From: Elusimicrobiota bacterium
GTDB taxonomy: Bacteria; Elusimicrobiota; UBA8919
DNA: 22,236 nt
Assembly: GCA_043816185.1 (NCBI GenBank)
Contig: JBDRIG010000059.1
Location: 1 to 22,236, forward strand
Direction of reading: 5' to 3'
The translations under genes and the position numbers were made by a program. Positions 18,069 through 22,236 of this stretch are shown in pieces. A model generated the notes under the pieces. That model did no database searches, was not told the DNA's origin, and worked only from the letters and a program-made list of their open reading frames with translations. Position 1 is the first letter of the stretch, and each line of letters opens with the position of its first letter.

Positions 18069-19109
18069 TCAATTGTAAACGAAAAACCGTTGTATTTTTT
18101 TGTTATTCGGTTTTTTTATTACTCCTTTTTCTGTAATGATTGCAGATATAAGATTGTGGGGCGTAACATCAAATGCTGGGTGAAATGCTTTAACGCCAAC
18201 GGGAGATATTCTGTGTCCATTGATAAATGTAACTTCATCAGAATTCCTATATTCAATTTTTATTTTTTTACCGTTAGAAATACTAAAATCAAAAGTAGAA
18301 ACCGGTGCGGCAACATAAAACGGTATTTTATTGTGCTTACATAAAACAGCAAGTGTATAGGTTCCAATTTTGTTGGCGGTGTCGCCATTGACAGCAATTC
18401 TATCAGCACCGACGATAACACCATCGATTTTGCCTGTTGAAATGAAATATCCAGCCATGTTATCAGTTATCAAAATACATGGAATTTTTTCTTGTAAAAG
18501 TTCCCATGTTGTCAGTCGTGCTCCTTGCAAATATGGTCTTGTTTCGTCGACATAAACCAATTTTATTTTTCCTTGTCTATGTGCTGTTTTTATGATACCT
18601 AAAGCAGTTCCCCAACCAGCAGTTGCAAGTGTGCCTGCATTACAATGGGTGAGAATAGTTGATTTTTTTTTAAAAAGTTTGGAGCCGTTTTCACTTATTT
18701 TTTTATTTATAGCAATGTCTTCTCTATAAATTCTATCTGCTTCTGTCTTAATAACAATTATTAACTCTTGCACTGATGAACCATTAAATAATTGAACGAC
18801 TTTATTTATTCTGCCAACTGCCCACAAAAGATTTACTGCTGTAGGTCTGGCGGACGTAAGATGTAGGCTAACAATTTTAAGATATTTTTTTAAGCCTTCA
18901 ATGCTTTTAATTTTTTTTTCTAAAGATGCAAGATACATTCCGTAACTAGCGGCAACACCTATTGCTGGAGCACCACGAATAGCCATATCTTTAATACATT
19001 TATAAACATCTCTATGGTTTTTACAGATAATATATGCAATTTTAGACGGTAAAAGTCGCTGGTCTAAAATTTTCAAAACGTTTTTTTCGAGATAGAGCGT
19101 TTCAATCAT
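18069..19109 (-). CDS. mtnA: S-methyl-5-thioribose-1-phosphate isomerase
   Basis: LDQRLLP, IRGAPAIG, RPTAVNL, THCNAG, ETRPYLQGARLT, NKIGTY and FDVTP motifs. Confidence 0.95.
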   Translation of the reverse strand: MIETLYLEKNVLKILDQRLLPSKIAYIICKNHRDVYKCIKDMAIRGAPAIGVAASYGMYLASLEKKIKSIEGLKKYLKIVSLHLTSARPTAVNLLWAVGRINKVVQLFNGSSVQELIIVIKTEADRIYREDIAINKKISENGSKLFKKKSTILTHCNAGTLATAGWGTALGIIKTAHRQGKIKLVYVDETRPYLQGARLTTWELLQEKIPCILITDNMAGYFISTGKIDGVIVGADRIAVNGDTANKIGTYTLAVLCKHNKIPFYVAAPVSTFDFSISNGKKIKIEYRNSDEVTFINGHRISPVGVKAFHPAFDVTPHNLISAIITEKGVIKKPNNKKIQRFFVYN

Positions 19110-19905
19110 TTGATATTTCCTTTGACCTTTTTACTGCTACACAAATTGCTTTTTCAAATATTTTTCCAAAATTTGACTTCAATAAAACTTTAAACGCTGC
19201 CTCAGTTGTTCCACCTTTTGATGTTACTTTTTGTCTTAAAATTTCTGGTTCAACATCAGACAAAGTTAACATTTTAGATGCGCCAAACAATGTTTGATTT
19301 ACAAGTTTTTTTGAAACATCTTTTTTTAATCCGAGTTTTTCGGCGATACAACGCATAATTTCAGCAATGTAAAAAATATATGCAGGCCCACTGCCAGAAA
19401 CGGCAGTTACGATATCCATATCTTTTTCAGCAACGATAACTACAATTCCACAGGAACTTAAAAGTTTTTCTACAAACTGAACATCTGTTTTGCTGGCATA
19501 TTTACCCGCTGCAATAGCAATTGCACCCTCGCCAAATAATGCAGGCGTATTGGGCATAATTCTTACGACAGATACTTTCTTTAGATATTTTTCTATTCTT
19601 GATGTTTTAATACCTGCGGCGACTGATATTACAAGTTTATTACCGCTACAAACGCAAGCAATTTCTTTGAGCACTTCTTCAATTTGATATGGCTTAACGG
19701 CAAGAAAAATTATATCAGAATATTTTACCACATCCGAGTTTGAATAGAATTTTTTAAGTTTATAATCCTTACAAATACAATTCAGTAATTTTTTGTTTAT
19801 ATCGGAAACAAAAATATTTTTAGATACAAAACCACTTTTTATAATTCCAGAAATTAGGGCCTTTGCCATATTTCCTGTACCTATAAAACCAATTTTTTTA
19901 TTCAT
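19102..19905 (-). CDS. proC: Pyrroline-5-carboxylate reductase
   Basis: IGFIGTGNMA, LAVKP, RIMPNTP, SGSGPAY and VTSKGGTT motifs. Start set at ATG 19905. Confidence 0.95.
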   Translation of the reverse strand: MNKKIGFIGTGNMAKALISGIIKSGFVSKNIFVSDINKKLLNCICKDYKLKKFYSNSDVVKYSDIIFLAVKPYQIEEVLKEIACVCSGNKLVISVAAGIKTSRIEKYLKKVSVVRIMPNTPALFGEGAIAIAAGKYASKTDVQFVEKLLSSCGIVVIVAEKDMDIVTAVSGSGPAYIFYIAEIMRCIAEKLGLKKDVSKKLVNQTLFGASKMLTLSDVEPEILRQKVTSKGGTTEAAFKVLLKSNFGKIFEKAICVAVKRSKEISND

Positions 19906-19918
19906 TATATTCACAATG

Positions 19919-20032
19919 AGACTGTGCACAATCCATCTTTTACCATCTAGTGTTGGATTACAGTACCATATTTTATCATCAGTTACTATCTTCTATAAAA
20001 ATGCAACTTTTTAGCTCATTGCGACACAGTCT
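19919..20032. mobile_element. Putative 114-bp MITE-like element with imperfect terminal inverted repeats
   Basis: Left end AGACTGTG-CACAA; the right end reverse-complemented is AGACTGTGTCGCAA. It abuts the pcm truncation, and a similar end occurs at 153-169. No clear target-site duplication. Confidence 0.5.
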
Positions 20033-20033
20033 G

Positions 20034-20243
20034 ATTAACGCAATAATATATGGTTGTGAAATTGTTTGTTTTTCGAGAATGGAAAGCGGATAGTTGCCAT
20101 ATGCATTATCATAAAATTTTTTTTCAATGAACTTTTCGCGTGGAATTTTCAGCATTGCATCAATTACTTTTTTTGTCAGAAATCCCACGTATAACAATCT
20201 GCGTTTCCACCATTTTTTGACGCAACGTTTTAAAATCATTCAT
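20034..20243 (-). pseudogene. pcm: Protein-L-isoaspartate O-methyltransferase remnant (5' part only, frameshifted)
   Basis: ATG 20243 gives MNDFKTLRQKMVETQIVIRGISDKK. An extra A in the A7 run (20168-20174) shifts the frame to VIDAMLKIPREKF...AY...PL.I...QTISQPY. No SAM-binding motif follows. Confidence 0.88.
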
Positions 20244-20604
20244 TATTTTTTAATAAATCCAAAGTTATTTCTAATTCCTTTTTCGTTTTTTTAAGTAGAT
20301 CGGTTAGTTGCATTTCTTTTTTAAAAATCGAATCAGGATGTTTTTTGTTAATACGTTTTTCTTCAATTAAAAATTTTTTAACACCTGCGATCGTCAATTT
20401 TCTTATGTAAAGTAGATCTTTAATTTTCATTATAAGATCGATATCTTGTTTTATATATTTTCGTTGACCAGATGTTCTTCTTGCTGGTCGCAAAATACGA
20501 AATTCTTGTTCCCAATATCGTAAAATATATGGTTTAACATTGGTTAGTTTTTCTACTGCTCCAATCGAAAAATAATTTCTATCTTCTAATTCCATATCGC
20601 TCAT
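20236..20604 (-). CDS. MerR-family HTH regulator (type usually linked to ihfA)
   Basis: YFSIG.V...VKPYILRYWEQEF..L.P.R...GQRKY...DI...IK.LLY...TIAG. Confidence 0.9.
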   Translation of the reverse strand: MSDMELEDRNYFSIGAVEKLTNVKPYILRYWEQEFRILRPARRTSGQRKYIKQDIDLIMKIKDLLYIRKLTIAGVKKFLIEEKRINKKHPDSIFKKEMQLTDLLKKTKKELEITLDLLKNNE

Positions 20605-20711
20605 TTTACTTCACCCATACCCAAATTAACGCCCGAATTCATATCCAAATTAAACCAAATGCTGCTAATTTTTATTCTGTGTCTTTATTTGAGTATTTTG
20701 TTCCATGTTTC

Positions 20712-20972
20712 TTACTCTAACGGTGTTTCCGACGCCTTAAATCGTATAACTTTTTTTGACATAATTTTTATAATTTCTTTTGTTTTCAAATTTCTCACAC
20801 AACGTTCTTTTCTTGTTTTTGTATAGAGCGTTCCAATACCCTTCAGATGAATCTTTTCACCTTTAGCGAGTGATTTTTTAACTGTCAGTAGAAATTCCTC
20901 AAACGCATCGGTCGCTTCTTTCTTGCAACAAGTCCTTTTTGACATTTGCTTAATAATTTCTTTTTTATCCAT
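20712..20972 (-). CDS. HU/IHF family DNA-binding protein (divergent)
   Basis: MDKKEII...L.KGEKI.L.GIG...R.ER..RN..T...I.I....V.FKAS pattern, 86 aa. Confidence 0.85.
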   Translation of the reverse strand: MDKKEIIKQMSKRTCCKKEATDAFEEFLLTVKKSLAKGEKIHLKGIGTLYTKTRKERCVRNLKTKEIIKIMSKKVIRFKASETPLE

Positions 20973-21071
20973 AATTATTCGTTTCGCCTATTACACAAAA
21001 CTGGTGTTGAGCATTAACACGAAACTGCTCTACGTCCATTCTGTGCCATATTTCGTGTCTACTTTGCTTTT

Positions 21072-22064
21072 TTATTCTGGTTTTGCACTTCTTGACATAA
21101 GAGTGTAAATTGCTTCTTTCGGATTTTTATTTTTAAAAATTATTTTGTAGACTTCATTTACTATGGGCATCTCAATTTTTAATTTCTTCGAGAGTTCCAT
21201 AACTGCTTTGGCAGTCGGCACTCCTTCAACAACCATTCCATTTTTTTTTATCGCATTTTTTACTGATAGCCCAGATCCTACGAGTTCACCAAAATTTCTA
21301 TTCCTAGAATTTTTTGAAAATGCCGTCATAACTAAATCGCCCATACCCGTTAATCCAGAAAAAGTTTCTTTTTTTGCCCCGAGTTTTACTCCAAATCGTG
21401 TAATTTCAACAAGTCCGCGAGTTACTATCGCAGCTGCTGTATTATCACCAAACCCCATTCCTTTTGCAATACCAGTAGCGATAGCAATTATATTTTTTAT
21501 GGCACCACCGACTTCAACTCCAATAATATCTGAATTTGTATAAATTTTCAAATTTGTCGTTGAAAAAATTTTCTGGATTATTTCCGAATTTTTTTTTGCC
21601 AAGACGGAATTTCCTGTTGAAACCATTGTCGTCGGAAATCCTTTTGCAACCTCTTTTGCAAAACTTGGACCCGACAATATCACAATATTTTTTGTGTTTA
21701 GTTCATCTTCGATAATTTCCGATAGTAGTTTTCCAGTCGCTATTTCAATACCCTTACTTACAATAACAAAAATCTGATTTATATTCGTATACTTTTTTAT
21801 TTTTTTTGCCGTTTCTCTTATTGCTTGAGACGGAACAGAAAGAACTATTATATCTTTTTTTGCAACCGCGAGTTCAATATTATTCGTAAAAACAATATTT
21901 TTATTTAATTTAACATGAGGAAAAAACAATGGATGACGATATTTTTTTAAGTATTCTAATCGCGATTTATCAAATTCCCACAGAGATACTTGATATTTTT
22001 TTTTAATGAGATGTTGTGCGAGTGTTGCACCCCATGCCCCTGCACCAATTACAGAAATATTCAT
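21072..22064 (-). CDS. gpsA: NAD(P)H-dependent glycerol-3-phosphate dehydrogenase
   Basis: IGAGAWG, SKGIE, LSGPSFAKEV, GVEVGGAIKN, GLTGMGDL, SRNR and VVEG motifs. Confidence 0.96.
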   Translation of the reverse strand: MNISVIGAGAWGATLAQHLIKKKYQVSLWEFDKSRLEYLKKYRHPLFFPHVKLNKNIVFTNNIELAVAKKDIIVLSVPSQAIRETAKKIKKYTNINQIFVIVSKGIEIATGKLLSEIIEDELNTKNIVILSGPSFAKEVAKGFPTTMVSTGNSVLAKKNSEIIQKIFSTTNLKIYTNSDIIGVEVGGAIKNIIAIATGIAKGMGFGDNTAAAIVTRGLVEITRFGVKLGAKKETFSGLTGMGDLVMTAFSKNSRNRNFGELVGSGLSVKNAIKKNGMVVEGVPTAKAVMELSKKLKIEMPIVNEVYKIIFKNKNPKEAIYTLMSRSAKPE

Positions 22065-22236
22065 TTTTTGTTTATACCAGTTACATGGTTTTTACATATT
22101 GATACCGTTGAAAAAGTCAGTTGTAATTTCAGTTGGTATGCCTAAACAATATTTTCAAGCAACCACAAGGACAATAATTGTTAGTAACATTTACGGTTTT
22201 TCAAATATTTTCAAATTTTCGTTCTTTGAATCATTT

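Noticed and set aside
19979..20239. 86-aa ORF as a functional protein
   Set aside because: It is a chimera of out-of-frame sequence, a Pcm fragment and the MITE-like DNA
647..21543. All plus-strand ORFs in the track, and the nested minus-strand ORF 1629-1841
   Set aside because: They overlap well-supported genes, mostly antisense, and show no recognisable motifs
22065..22236. 3' end of an upstream gene such as plsY
   Set aside because: Short open frames at the window edge with no diagnostic motif
1..22236. CRISPR array, tRNA or rRNA genes
   Set aside because: No repeat-spacer periodicity or cloverleaf seen; the intergenic spaces are short

Overview
AT-rich bacterial window in which every credible gene is on the minus strand. 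In transcription order: gpsA, HU/IHF-like, MerR-like, a truncated and frameshifted pcm, proC, mtnA, ileS, lspA, mlaF-like, mlaD-like, ilvE, HRDC-fused xseA, a ~7.5 kb type I restriction-modification island, xseB, pgi, yjbQ-like and a metallophosphoesterase. The island (hsdM, yhcG/DUF1016, hsdS, a RAYT-type HUH transposase, hsdR) separates the two exonuclease VII subunit genes. Four of its five genes carry DNA palindromes inside the coding sequence. The RAYT gene holds two GTAG-REP hairpins. Two related ~27-28 nt hairpin inserts occur, one in frame in hsdR and one at the frameshift in hsdM. yhcG holds a perfect 27-bp palindrome. A separate MITE-like inverted-repeat element sits exactly where pcm homology ends. 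All calls come from motif recognition by eye; no searches were run.
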